64,000 bases of DNA from Hemiscyllium ocellatum (GCF_020745735.1 NC_083420.1:46381931-46445930), one strand, 5' to 3'. Positions 50,327 through 63,840 are shown, counted from the first letter of the stretch. The notes: generated by a model not told the origin, from the sequence alone. Program-made: numbers and translations.

Positions 50327-53300
50327 CATCCTGGGAGAAGTATTGTTCCTTGTCCTCGTCCCACGTTCAAAAATGGAATTTGGGCAGATACATTATATAT
50401 GTTAAATTCTGTGGAAGTAAGATGTTTACAGTGATTTGTTCAAGAAAGATATTAATGGTAAATACATGGAAATTATTTTAGCTGCTCTGGAAGACTAGGA
50501 CAAGGAGGCTATAGTCTGAAAATTCCATCCAGATATCTTTGGAGTGAACTGAAGGAGCACTTTTAAATGCAAAGGGTGAAAGGAGTTTGGAAAGCTTTTC
50601 CACAAATGGCAATTGATGCTAACTGACAATGAGATTTTTTAAAACTCAAATAGGTGTAGGGACAAATCTAGAATTACATAAACTTTTCAGTCTTTATCTC
50701 TCTATGGCAGAACATGCAAAAGGGTGTAAACATCCTACTATTGACAAAGTCACAGGACTATAGATGTAAACTCTGCTTTCTTCCCTGAATGCTACCAGCA
50801 CATTTTTGTTTAAGATTTCCAGCATCTGCAGTTATTTGTTTTATTATACAACTGTAGCTATATTCAGAATATAGTCATTTAACATGCTGGAAACGTAATT
50901 ATTTTCTGTTAACATTCACAATCCAGATTTAATTTGCATTGTGACTTGAGCACAGTCTTACCAGTCTCTCTCTTTGAGCTATATCAATTGCTTAGTGAAT
51001 CAGCACTATATAATGGGTCAGAATATGCTGGAATGGAGCAACTCTCTGTGTGACCCATAAAGTTGGACTTTACCTCACGCTCCTTGGGTTGTAAGTGTTC
51101 TACCTTGTAAGTTTTGAAGCATGAAATGATAATGGCACCAAGGGCAACAGGGTCAACAATTTACCCAAGGGATTTAGTTCAGAAAGAAATAGTAGAAATA
51201 ATGAGGGAAATATCATGTCAAACTATGTACAGAAGAGAGGAAAATAATTGAATTAAGGAGAACAGAGGGAATGTAACAGATTAAGGTTTAATATTTTGTA
51301 TATTTCTGCCAATGTGTACCATCTGCAGGGTCTAGACTCCACAGTTTAAATTGCTCTCTTTCTAGGTGGTAGAGATTGAGAGACATGTTAATCACTATTC
51401 TACTTGTTAAAGAGATACACTGTTAGACATTAGCCCCAACTTTCTGCAGTGCACTTGACAATTAATGTGTAAATTCAGTACTTTTTTTCTGAAATTAAGC
51501 AGGTAAACTGGGGAAAATCTTTGCAGATTTGTGCAAGTTGTAACTTGTGTAATTCACAGTTTACAAGAGTTACCTCTTCCTCATCACAAGTTGCTAGATG
51601 ATTCACAATAATAGGATGCACCATTATTTCAATAGCAAATTCTGAGTCTAGTAATTGTGTGCTCAGCTATGTAGACCAGCAGGTTTCATGTTTCTGCAAC
51701 ATTTGGTGCACTGGAACTGGCATCTGAGTGAGTGGCTTGGAAGTATGAAATGCCTTTAACAGGAACTGTGAATATGTCATAAGAACAGAGTCCAATGATT
51801 TTTAATTATGAACCAGCCAGAACCAGAAAACACTTGCATCAATGTGGTATCTATTGCAACAGTACTTCAAATGCACAATTTTAGTTATTAGTATTTTCTG
51901 CCTGAAGACATTAAACAGACCAAGTGTCCTACTGGAAAAAGTTACACAAAACTGGCCATGTGTGAAAATAGGCCTAGGAATGTAAATACAAATTTGTCAA
52001 GAATTTGACCCTGTAATTTGTTTATAGTCCTAGAATTTTGCAAGTATAATTGGGAACTGTTCTCCTGAATTCAAAATTTACAACTTGTAGGCTTAAATGT
52101 TGTTCAAGGTATAAATGCCGTCTTTTCCTAATGTCAGGAATAATTTCAGCATCTATCAATGGAGAAAACAGCTTCTTAATGAACAACCTTTTCTATGATG
52201 CAGTACTTATTGAGGGTTTAAAGTTCTGAAAAAATATTTAAACTGTTCATTTCTCAAGCTTAGACCTGCGCAGTGATTGGCATATTGGAATTAAACTATG
52301 CAGAAATTCAGATTATCATCTTCAATACAGAATCAATGTATTCTGTTAATTTATCTGACAGTTTTCTAAAATTTTCAAATTAATTAATTTTCAAATGGAA
52401 TGCCAACAATAGCTTTTGAATTAATTGTACCAAATATTATCCCAAACATTTTATTGCATTTAATCAATTACATTGTTATGCCTGTCCTTTCCATGCGCTT
52501 TCTTACTTTTGTTTGCTGTTGTTTTCAACCAATGACAGTGGCATGCAGCAATGTGAAAAAGAGGTCCGAGTATATAAGCTTGTTTCAGTACTATCTGCCT
52601 TATCTGTGCCTTGTCATGCTGACTCATGCTGTGAGAAGCTCAATTTCCAGAGGGCGAAAGCTTCAGAGGAGGTTTCCTGGCCCACTCCCAAGTGATTATG
52701 CCTATGTCCTGGCATTCAAAAACCAAACTCAGCTATAGGAAAACAGTTTGACTGCCTTGTAGATACTTCAGCAAAGTTGAAATCTAAGAAACTCTGACAA
52801 AAAAATGTAGAGTGGAGTCCAAAGGTTGTCTGATGTTTAAATATATCATTCTAGTACTCCTGTAATATAGTCAATGCTGATGTATGCTTTGCATTCCTGT
52901 AGATGGGCATCATGGAAAAGATTTTGACAAATGGGTACCCTGGCTTTTCCATTAATTTTGGCCAGATTTGCAAATGGGAGAGAACATGCTGATTTCACTG
53001 CAGAGACAGTAGTTATGAGTAATAAATCCAACTCACTTGGCATGTGCTACAATAGTTCATCTCCCATTGGCCAGCCCAAGTAACAATGTCTGACCCACCA
53101 TAATCCATCTACTTCAATAGGTGCTTGGAGATTAGAGGTTCTGTTGAACAAGCAGACTGAAACTGTTCTTGTCAACCAAATAAAAAGATGCCGACTTTTC
53201 AATTGGCACACTGGAAAGTCTGGACCAAATACCCATGATTGCCAGATAATGTCTAGCTGATTGAAGATGTGCAAAAGACAGTTACAATTGACATGGAACT

Positions 53301-53685
53301 TGAAAGACTTAACATTGAAATAATTTTCCTTCAGGAGGCAAGATTTGTTGAGTGTAGATAACTGAAAAGATAATACGTTCCATATTCATCTAGCAGGTTA
53401 AGAACTCAGTGAGAGACAGGAACAAGGTATAGGTTTCACTGTGGGGAAAAAAAACTAACTACTCTCAATAGAAACTCTCAAATGTTTCTGAATGTGTTTT
53501 CTTCACGTACCTATACACTCAATCAGGGCCAGTTTACCCCATGAGTTATCTTTTCTATAATACTTTGTGTTCCATGAGACACAAAAGACTGTCACAAGAA
53601 TACTAATCATAACATGTTAGCCTAGTGGATGGCTGCAATGTAACAGTGGACATACAGCAAGGAGTTGCCTCATAGGGCTTTTTGA

Positions 53686-54014
53686 GGTGGCATGGTGGCC
53701 CAATGGTTAGCACTGCTACCTCACAGTGCCAGGGACCCGGGTTTGATTCTAGCCTTGAGCGACTGTGTTGAGTTTGCACATTCTCCCTGTGTCTGTGTGG
53801 GTTTCCTCTGGGTTCTCCTGTTTCCTCTCACAGTCAAAGATGTGCACATCAGGTGAATTGACCATGCTAAATTGCCTGTAGTGTTAGGTGTATTAGCCAG
53901 GGGTAAAGATAGAGTAGGGGAATGGGTCTGGGTGGGTTACTCTTCAGAGGGTCAGTGTGGACTTGTTGGGCCGAAGGGCCTGTTTCCAAACTGTAGAGAT
54001 TCTAATCTAATCTA
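53686..54014 (+). mobile_element. HE1-like V-SINE
   Basis: Full SINE consensus with (ATCTA)n tail. Confidence 0.88.
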
Positions 54015-54727
54015 GTGCAGTGAGACATAGGACAGGAGTGTGGTAATCACATCTGCTCTCTGCATTAGGTATTTTGTTAATTATGGGTGTGGTTGTTGTC
54101 AAACACTTGCAGTTTGTTGAAGACTGATCTGGAGCAGTGAATTGGGTATTTGATCTTCTCGTTTATGGTAGCCTTTTAAGAGGTGATTGCCAAGGAATGG
54201 ACAGATGTATTCCAGAAGGTGCGTTTCATTACATGGAAGTGGAATATTGACCTGAGTTTTGTTTTGGCAACCTTAAAGGATATGTTTAGTATATGTAGAA
54301 TTAAAGAGATTGAAAGTGATTGCAATGCTGTTGAACAATTGGCAACAGCATTGCAGTCATCAGCAACTGTGTATCATATATTGCTGTGTTGGATGATGTA
54401 GTTTAGTTACGTTGACGTTGGAGTTTTACATCTAGACTGTATTTAACACTCACGCCAGAAGGTAGTTGATCTTTGGGTGAATAACCACACTGGTAGACGA
54501 AATAGTATGGGGACTATCACCCAGCCTTAAAACTGGCCCAGATTCTGTGGATGTCTTTTTTGACAGATCGCCCACCCAAGACAATTACAGACATTACATC
54601 ATGAAGCAGTTGCAGAATTGTGATATTCTTGGATATTCCAAATCTCGTGAGAAAGGGAATGTCCATTTGCAAAGTATTGTATTTGCCTTTGTCACACTCC
54701 AGATCTTAATTGAACACATCAGCCCAT

Positions 54728-55003
54728 GGGCGGCATGGTGGCACAGTGCCAGAGACCCGGGTTCAGTTCCCGACTCGGGCGACTGACTGTGTGGAGTTTG
54801 CACATTCTCCCAGTGTCTGCGTGGGTTTCCTCCCACAGTCCAAAGATGTGCAGGTCAGGTGAATTGACCATGCTAAATTGCCCATAGTGTTAGGTGAAGG
54901 GGTAAGTGTAGGGGTATGGGTGGGTTGTGCTTCGGCGGGTCGGTGTGGACTTGTTGGGCCGAAGAGTGTGGAAACAGGCCCTAAGTAATCTAATCTAATC
55001 TAA
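54728..55003 (+). mobile_element. HE1-like V-SINE with internal deletions and a short 3' inversion
   Basis: SINE consensus. The tail segment GTGTGGAAACAGGCCC at about 54966-54981 is inverted relative to other copies. Confidence 0.85.
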
Positions 55004-55440
55004 ACATCCACCTCAAATCCTATTTGTTTTAGAACTGGCAGATCTATGCTTAAGATGATCACCTCAGCCTGTCAATAACAAGAGAAATGCTGTGAACAAA
55101 GACATAACCATATATCATTTTCATGGATCACACTAAGGCATTTGAGAATGTGAGCAGAGGCAATCAATTTAAGATGCTGGAGAAAATTTTCTGCCTCTCA
55201 AAACTGCTTGATATGATCTCTTTCCATGATGAGATAATATTGAAATTCTTTGTGATCCTCAATTGGGTGAAAACAGGCTTATGTTCTGGCACTGAGATCT
55301 TTGGTATATTCTCTTTACTGATGTGATAAACCTTCAGGTCATTCATATAGAGGCATACACTTGCATATCATAATTGACAGAAATCTGTTCAGTTTTGTTG
55401 ACTTGGGATACAAGTTATTCTGTACAGACAATGGAGCAGA

Positions 55441-55799
55441 AACATAGAACACGACAGCACAGGCCCTTCAGCCCTTGATGATGTGCTGACCTTTTCTCAT
55501 ACTCTGAGATCAAACTATCCTACATACCCTTTATTTTACTATCATCCATTTGTCTATCCAAGAGTCGCTTAAATGTCCCTAATGTATCTGACTCTATTAC
55601 CACTGCTAGCAGTGCATTCCACGCACCCACCACTCTCTGCATAAAGAACCAATCTCTGACATCTCCCCTCAACCTTTCTCCAATCACCTTAAAATTATGC
55701 CTTACAATGTGGAAACAGGCCCTTCGGCCCAACAAGTCCACATCGACCCTCCGAAGAGCAACCCAACCAAACCCATTCCCCTACATTTACCCCTTCACC
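55441..55799 (-). mobile_element. CR1 3' end (55441-55700) abutting a SINE 3' fragment (55703-55799)
   Basis: Minus ORF LRGDVRDWFFMQRVVGAWNAL..TFKRLLDR; SINE tail TGTGGAAACAGGCCCTTCGGCCCAACAAG. Confidence 0.8.
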
Positions 55800-57024
55800 T
55801 CAGGGAATCTGTTGAAAACTCCCAATAAAGTGACTGCTCTTTTCCTGTTTCTGACTTTCATCCATACTGACTCTGTAGACAAACCCTTCTTGACAACCTT
55901 CCTTTTTGCAGTTGTGAGAATGTCTTGATAATATCCCAAACTGTAATAAAAGTTTATAATTTATTTTATAATTTGAGAATTGAATTGTAGAGATAAGGAG
56001 TTTCTGGTTTTAGTTCTGTGAAGGTGGCTAATATTTGTGCAGAGTTCAAATATCATTTCCAAGAATGCACAGGATTTAAGCTAAATTACTAAACAATATA
56101 CATCAGTTAATTAATTAAATGTTTACCTTTTATGACTTGGTAGTCGTGTTAGCAGCTGGGATCATAACATTATAAATAATACCTGTGTTGGCAAATAATG
56201 TTTTAATGGTTGCAAACAATCTGGTATGATTGTCAGTATCAGGAAGATATTTGTCATAGATGGTGGTGTGCCAACAATATGGACTATCAGTTTTGATAAT
56301 ATGCAAGTTGCTGACAGCTTCCCATGACTAAGCTCCACATTCATCAGCACCTCATCACTTGATGCTAAAATCAATACACATCATAAACTCTGCAGCTAAG
56401 TGAGTCTGAAACATCAGAATCCTGACTGAGAACACCAAACTGTGACCCTGTCAAGCATGTCTCCCAAGTGCGTTCCTCGACATTTGCGAGGAAGCAGAAA
56501 AACCTCAACAGCTTCAATCTTTGCTATGTTAAATGTATTTTCTTCACACCCACTAATCCCTCCTTCATTGCTTAACCAACATCGGCACTGGTTTAGTTAT
56601 GTTGATCACACGAATGACTGCAATACACCTAAAGGTCTTCTGGACAATGAACTGGTCACTGAGTCACAACTTCCTGGAGCATCCATATCTCTACCACAAA
56701 GACATCAGCATGAAGATGGTAGATGTTAGCAGTGACAACTGAGACACCAGTTGATGTCTATCACCACTAGACGTTGAATGTTTGTAGAAAAGAATAGTAA
56801 TACAACAGAAATCAGACCAACAAATACTACATCACCTCTATCTAATGGCTTCCTCCGCAGCAAATGAGACCATTATGCAGAGTATCTAAGCCATAAAAGG
56901 AAATGTTTAACAAAGAGTTGACCACTGTGGCACAAACCCCATCTTACACATAATAAAGAAATATAGCTAACTTGCATAAAGCAATGTGACGACGACCAGA
57001 TGAATTAATGATATTAAGGAATAA

Positions 57025-57530
57025 AGATTGCCCATTCCACCAAGGACTTGCAGGTCCTTGGACTCCTCCATTGCCAGACCATAGCAACACGACGGCTGGA
57101 GGAAGAGCACCTCATCTTCCGCCTAGGAACCCTCCAACCACAAGGGATGAATGCAGATTTCTCCAGTTTCCTCATTTTCCCCTCCTCCCACCTTGTCTCA
57201 GTCCCAACCCTTGAACTCAGCACCACCTTCCTAACCTGCAATCTTCTTCCTGATATCTCTGCCCCCACTCTGGCCCATCACCCTCACCTTAATCTCCTTC
57301 CACTTATCGAATTTCCAACACCCCTCCCCCTACCTTTTATCTTAGCCTGCTTGGCACACACTCCTCATTCCTGAAGGGCTCATGCCTCCTATGTCTTATG
57401 GTCTTATACTTCCACTCCTATGTCTTATGCCTGAAATGTCGATTCTCCTGCTCCTTGGATGTTGCCTGACCTGCTGTGCTTTTCCAGCAACACATTTTCA
57501 GCTCTGATCTCCAGCCCTCACTTTCTCCCA
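57025..57530 (+). mobile_element. Penelope family A 3' fragment with disrupted hammerhead
   Basis: QVLGLLHCQTIATRRLEEEHLIFRLGTLQPQGMNADFSSF. The hammerhead is broken by a deletion and a duplicated CTCCTATGTCTTATG insert at about 57386-57430. Confidence 0.85.
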
Positions 57531-57671
57531 TTCAACATAACATCCTTACTCTTCTTCAAAACAAGGCCAAAGCATCACTCAAATCTAGCCAAGCCAGCAA
57601 ATGGATATCAGTTTATCATCTATGAAAGATTGTACCATTGACACTGTAGCACTGCTTCTATGTTGCACTAA

Positions 57672-58835
57672 AGTCATAGAGATGTGTAGCATGGAAACTG
57701 TCCAACTTGTCCATGTTGACCAGATATCCTAGATAAATCCAGCACCATTTGCCAGTATTTAGCCTGTAACCCTCTAAAGCCTTCCTATTCATATACACAT
57801 TCAGGTGCCTTTTAAATGTTGTAATTGTACCAGCTTCTACCACTTCCTCTGGAAGCTCATTTCATACATACACCACCATCTGCATGAAAAAGTTGCCCTT
57901 TAGATCTCTTTTAAATATTTACCTTCTTACCTTATACCTATGCCATCTAGTTATTGACTCTCCCATCCCAAGGAAAAGACCTTGTCTATTCACCCTATCC
58001 ATGCCTCTCATGATTTTATAAATCTCTGTAAGGTCACCCCTCAGCCTCCAATGTTCTAGAGAAAACACCCTCAGCCTATCCAGCATCTACCAATAGCTCA
58101 AATCCTTCAACCCTGGCAACATGCTTGCAAATCTTTTCTGAACCTCAAGTTTCGTAACATCCTTCCTACAGCAGGTAAACCAGAACTGCACACAGCATTC
58201 CAGAAGCGGCCTAACCAATGTCCCGTATAGCTGCAACATGACCTCCCAACTCCTATACTCAATGCACGGACCAAAAAAGTCAAGCATATCAAACGCCGTC
58301 TTCACCATCTTGTCTAGTGGGCGGCACGGTGGCACAGTGGTTAGCACTGCTGCCTCACAGCGCCTGAGACCCGGGTTCAATTCCCGACTCAGGCGACTGA
58401 CTGTGTGGAGTTTGCACATTCTCCCCGTGTCTGCGTGGGTTTCCTCCGGGTGCTCCGGTTTCCTCCCACAGTCCAAAGATGTGCAGGTCAGGTGAATTGG
58501 CCATGCTAAATTGCCCGTAGTGTTAGGTAAGGGGTAAATGCAGGGGTATGGGTGGGTTGCGCTTCGGCGGGTCGGTGTGGACTTGTTGGGCCGAAGGGCC
58601 TGTTTCCACACTGTAAGTAATATAATCTAATCTATCTGTGACTCCACTTTCAAGGAATGATGAACGCTATGCAGTCCAAAATCTCTGATCAGCAACACTC
58701 CCCAGGACCTTACTATTAAGTATGCAAGTCCTATTCTGATTTGCCTTTCCAAAATGCAACACCTCACATTTATCTCAATTCTACCACTCCTCGCCTATGG
58801 GCCCATCTGATTAAGATCCTGTTGTACTCAGAGGA
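57672..58835 (-). mobile_element. CR1 LINE (HER1-like) 3' fragment with nested SINE
   Basis: IEYRSWEVMLQLYGTLVRPLLECCVQFW on the minus strand. Confidence 0.9.
58319..58634 (+). mobile_element. HE1-like V-SINE, young copy
   Basis: Intact A box TGGCACAGTGG and B box GGTTCAATTCC. Nearly identical to 2093-2420, with CpGs retained. Confidence 0.93.
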
Positions 58836-59040
58836 ATGTCAGGCTCTATTTTTTCACTCTCAACCTTGAAGTGTCTTGGCAAGGAAAAGTGCAGGATTCC
58901 ATTTGTTTAATGTGACAATTTATGGTGGATTGTCCACCATTAGTTACACACAGTGCCTTGTAAAAATAATTTTATACCCAGTGTAACAAACAACAATTCA
59001 GTAAATAGTCAGCTGATAGAGGATTTTTATGGTTTTGGAT

Positions 59041-59927
59041 TAGAACGTGGAACAATATAGCACAGAACAGGCCCTTCAGCCTTTGATGTTGCACTGACCT
59101 GTGAACTAATTGAAGCTGATCCCCCTACACGATGCCATCATCATCCATATGCTTATCCAAGGATTGTTTAAATCTTCCTAATGTGACTGAGTTAATTACA
59201 TTGGCAAGCAGGGCATTCCACACCCTTACCACTCTGAGTAAAGAATCTGTATCTGACATCTGTCTTAAATCTATCACCCCTCCATTTGTAGTTAGACCTC
59301 CTTGTACAAGCTGACGTCATCAACCTAGGAAAAAGACTTTCACTGTCTACCCTATCTAACCCTCTGATCATCTTGTATGTCTCTATCAAATCCCCTCTTA
59401 GCTTTCTTCTTTCCAATGAGAACAGACTCAAGTCTCTCAGTCTTTCCTCATAAAACCTTCTCTCCAGACCAGACAACATCCTGGTAAATTTCCTCTGCAC
59501 CTTTTCTAATGCTTCCATATCCTTCCTATAACAAGGCATCCAGAACTGTAAACAATATTCCAAGTGCGGCCGCACTAGCGTTTTGTATAGTTGCAGCATA
59601 ACATTACAGCTCCAGCACTCAATCCCTCTACCATTAAAACTTGACACACTGTATGCCTTCTTAACAGCACCATCAATCTGGGTGGCAACTTGCAGGGATC
59701 TATGTACATGGACTCCAAGATCCCTCTCCACATCCACACTACCAAGAATCCTTTCATTGACCTAGTATTCTGCCTTCCTGTTATTCTTTCCAAAGTGACT
59801 CACCTCACATTTATCTTTATTGAACTCGTTCGCCACCTCTCAGCCCAATTCTGCAGATTATCCCAGTCCCTCTGCAACCTGCAACATTCTTCCACACTGT
59901 CCACCACGCCTCCGATTTTAGTGTCAT
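59041..59927 (-). mobile_element. CR1 LINE 3' fragment (second subfamily)
   Basis: ORF 59192-59737: [49 protein letters not shown]. Confidence 0.92.
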
Positions 59928-60488
59928 AAAAGTGACATTTTACTTTTTGCTCATTCTAGACACTTTAATAATCTATGACATCAACCGGAATAAGAAAGTG
60001 GACTGGAACCTAAGCTTTACACTGAATGATAGATGAAACGTGTTTCTCTCCCTATTTCCCCACTTTTTCTGTATAAATTCCTCACTTTAAACTGTCTGAT
60101 AGCATTAGCAAGAAATTAACTTTCTGTGCCCCTGGAGCTGGAATTATAGTCATACTGTAAAAAAAATTCATGAAGTCTTACACTATGATTTTAATAAGGA
60201 GGGGGGAAATTGAAAATTTCACACCAAATTCCTTTAGCAATTGATTCAAGGTAAAGAGGTCACAAGGACTAGACATGGAACTACTCTACATTTTTCAGTC
60301 ATGTTATCTGTTCTTCTCCAACCTAACCCCACCCAACTAAAGAAATCAACTGCCAGCAGAACAGGGATCTGCCTAGTTCAATGTTGCATTTCAAAGCTTT
60401 TTAGAAACAATTTCATTTGCACAAACATGCATTCAAGCACAGTATCCAAAGTCACTGCTCCTTAAATATCAAACTTTTATCTAGTATC

Positions 60489-60494
60489 TTTATT
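60489..60494 (-). terminator. Candidate DHRS7B poly(A) signal
   Basis: TTTATT (AATAAA on the minus strand) about 750 nt after the stop codon. Confidence 0.45.
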
Positions 60495-60777
60495 TGTTTT
60501 ACAGAAACATAATATACTTAAAGTTTGTAAACAAATTTACACATTTAAATACTTCAGATGCTGTAGTTGCAACACAAACTCAGTCTGACCCTGCTTTCTG
60601 TGGTAGACAATGACAACGACAACAGAACAAAGTGGAGTAAGAATCTCTGAAGGATATAATTTCAGTCCACTCCAATTTTGACTAAATTTGGATGTTCATA
60701 CCTGCTTGCAGTTCAAGTTCAACATCTGTGCAAAGCACTTTCAACTTCACACTGACATTAAAACTGAGATATGAATA

Positions 60778-60987
60778 CAGTCAGTTCTGCTATAATGCGT
60801 GTTTCTTCAATTGGCTTTATTGTGACTGAAGAATTTAGACCGTTATTTGTAGATGTGAACTATACTTATCTGTATTGGCTATAACATGATTCCGGCCCCA
60901 TTAGTTTAAATGGCGTGGCTATTGCATGACTTTCTTATAACGAGATTGCATGAGAATGGAACTATCGCGTTATATCAGAACCGACTG
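60778..60987. mobile_element. 210-bp Tc1/mariner (Tigger/pogo-like) MITE
   Basis: TA TSDs (60776-60777, 60988-60989) and 22-bp TIRs CAGTCAGTTCTGCTATAATGCG / CGCGTTATATCAGAACCGACTG (3 mismatches). Confidence 0.85.
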
Positions 60988-61235
60988 TACAATGTTATAT
61001 ATTTGTTCTGCTCTTATTTACTCACAATGTAGGTTTTGATTTTTTTTTTTATTCTCATGCTCCGTATTAATTTATCCTGATTTCAAGAGTTTCAAAAACA
61101 AAATGAGTTCAGGAGATATATTTGGAAACAAATGTTCAGCAGCCAGTGTGGTACCGAGCTGCAAAATAATGGCACTAAGAGGCCTTAACAGTAACGCTCA
61201 TGGAGAAAAAGTGAGTTAGGGCACCCCAGACAAGG

Positions 61236-61441
61236 TTAATTATCCTTCATCTTGCGCTCTTTCTTAGCTCTGGCTGTCATAATAGGAAAGAAGAGACTTG
61301 GAATCAAAGTTCGCAAGTAAACTGCGACTGTCGGCAGAAATCCAGCTAGCAGGACATCCTTCTTCCTCCTGCACACAGCCGTTAGAACAGCTTCAGCAAC
61401 AACACGAGGTTCATAGCCTTCTGCTGTATTCTTGTCCATCA
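61236..61441 (-). CDS. DHRS7B: DHRS7B (short-chain dehydrogenase/reductase 7B), last coding exon
   Basis: Acceptor aaaccag|TG, then VMDKNTAEG..KKDVLLA..AVYLRTL.P.LFF..M.ARAKKERKMKDN*. Confidence 0.93.
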
Positions 61442-62296
61442 CTGGTTTCAAATGAAGAAAAACAAGTAAAAGAAACGATCGGTCACCTCCTCATACCATT
61501 TCTTATGCAATCTTAACCAAATGCTTTACTGTCAAATTAAGAATCCAAGCCACTGGTCTGAGGCTCAAAGTGCAGAACGTTACAGAGGTCTAAATGGCAT
61601 ACTGTCCTTCCTTATTCTTATGGTGAGAGTAGGAAAGACAAGGATATTGATTAAGTTGGAAAAGAACAGACACATTTATAACAAGACAGATGTTTCTCCT
61701 TTCCAGTATCTAAACAATGTTCGCAGTTGATCCAAATCTCTTCAGCCTGTCTGCAATTAAAATAAGTTCATTGATTCATGTTGTATCCCAAAGCAGCAAT
61801 GCCTTTTGTAACCTCCCCCAGGTTTGCAACTTTCCAAGATCTCTAGTCATTCAACTGTGTATCCTCACTTTTCTTTGATTGACTACTGGTAACCATGCAC
61901 TCTGGGATTCCTTCCCTAAATACCTCTGCCTCTCCATCTCCCCTACCACGTTTCTTAAAGGCCACCACTTTGACCTTCGTCGGATCAGTGTCAATTGTTT
62001 TCCTGGATAATGTTCCTTTGAAATATTTTGTCATTTTAAAAAACATTCTGTCAAAGGTGGCATATCAATGCAATTCATGGTTGCTTCACAAAGGATTTGT
62101 GTATGTTTTTATGTATATAGAGAAAGACTTTTAATAGAGAGTGAAACTGCCATCTTCTATAATTTAAATGACTCCTCGATCCCCATTGATCCCCTCAAAT
62201 TCTTCCAAATAATGACATTACAGACATTGGCAGTCACCTATCTGTAAATGAGATCCTCACACTATATAAAACAATTCAAATTAATTAAAAGCATAC

Positions 62297-62449
62297 CACC
62301 ATACTTCGATCCATTCCCAGTCACCGCATTCAGGGAAAGGTTGGTGCGGATATATCCTGGACTAATTATAGTCACCTTAACTCCATACTGCTCTACCTCT
62401 GCTCGTAGACAGTCAAAGAAAGCTTGGGTAGCATGCTTAGATGCTGCAT
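62297..62449 (-). CDS. DHRS7B: DHRS7B penultimate coding exon
   Basis: 153 nt, ttgttccag|AT...G|gtatgc. (Y)[50 protein letters not shown] contains the SDR YxxxK motif. Confidence 0.95.
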
Positions 62450-62849
62450 CTGGAACAAGAAATTAGAAATTTGTCATTGGAATTTGTCCAGAAGGGGAAG
62501 GTATCTTAAAATTACCTCTCTGACTAAAGGCGACAATTAGAAAACTTTAAGTCAGTGTAGTTTACTTAATATTTTGCCACAACATAAATATCAAGAGTTG
62601 AACAATCTACTAGCACAGGGTTTATATAATTACAGTATCTGAACACATGCTGTAATTAATGTACAAATTGACCAGTAGCTCTAGGGGAAGGTTAAACATG
62701 TGGTGATTCGCTAATCATCACGAGTTGCTGAAAGGCTTCATGAAAGTTGCAGCCTGTCTTTACCCAAACTGAGTTTCATGAAGTTGTTGCATTTTCATAT
62801 TAATTGTCTTTTAAACACGCTTGATATCTCAAAGTGAAGACAGACTTTG

Positions 62850-63840
62850 TTTCCAAAGGAATTATGTAGTGGTCACTTCTAATGATACTGTCACAGGCAG
62901 ATGCACCTGCTACAGATAGATTGGCGATGACATAGCTAAGTATATTTTTCCCTGCCATTGGTTTCCTCAACTACCTGCCACAGACCTAGTCTAGCAATTA
63001 TGTTCTTTGGGACTTGACCAGCTTGGTTAGTAGTGGTGGGACCAAGCCAGTCGTAGTGATGGAAAATTACTATACTCTGGGTGAGGGATTTCAACGTCCT
63101 GCCCCCCTCAGAAATTCTTCCAAGTGCTGTTCAAGATGAGTACTGATTCATCAGCTGAAGAGAGTCTGGGTGTGCTGTGAGGTGGTAATCGACAGGATTG
63201 TCTGCGATTGACTTGATGCCATGAGATATCATGTGGTCTAGAGTCAATGTGGAGGACTTTTGCATCATTGTAACACCAGCTGTGCTGGGTCTGTCTCATC
63301 AGTGGAACAGGATAAGCAGAGGGATTGTGCTGTCTGGGACAGAATCATTCACTTGGACTTACACTTGTAAATAATGCCGGACTATTGCTTAACTAAGCCA
63401 TGGCACAATTCTCCCAATTTTGGCACAAGCCTCCAGATGTTAGCCAGGAAAACTTTGTAGTGTTGACAGGGCTGAGTTTGCCATGGTCATTTCTGGTACT
63501 TTGGTTGATGCTGGGTTGTCCATCTGATTTTATTCCTTTTAATCAGACTACATAGCAATTGGAAAGAATGGAGTGACTTGCTAGGTCATTTCACAGGGAA
63601 TTTTAAAGAGTCAATCACATTGCTGGGTCAGGAGTGACCTGTTGGCCAAGATCAGGTGTGGATGAGATTCTTAGTAAATGGCTTACGACAAGTGACAATA
63701 TTTCGATCAGGAGACCAATTATTTTTAAAATTCCTGATTTTTGTTAATCAAATTCCATCATTAGTGATGGGATTCAAACCCATTCCCCTCGAGAATTACC
63801 CTGGATCACTGGACTATTGATACCATAATGCCATTGTCCT
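62850..63840 (-). mobile_element. Old CR1-type fragment followed by an older tRNA-derived SINE
   Basis: 63570-63840 resembles 3880-4200 and has a minus-strand B-box-like GGTTTGAATCCC at about 63769-63780. Family assignment is tentative. Confidence 0.4.

Larger units (their letters stand above)
53270..56900 (+). mobile_element. Old fragmented RTE-clade LINE, interrupted by SINEs and CR1
   Basis: About 53290: IDMELERLNIEIIFLQEAR (endonuclease). About 55075-55230: QEKCCEQR..FMDHTKAFENVSR..KMLEKI.C.SKLL..ISFHD (RTE RT). C-terminal remnants at 56340-56760. Confidence 0.65.

Noticed and set aside
2129-58611. Recurrent ORFs such as MWKQALRPNK.. and ..LTVWSLHILPV..
   Set aside because: They are translations of SINE copies, not genes.
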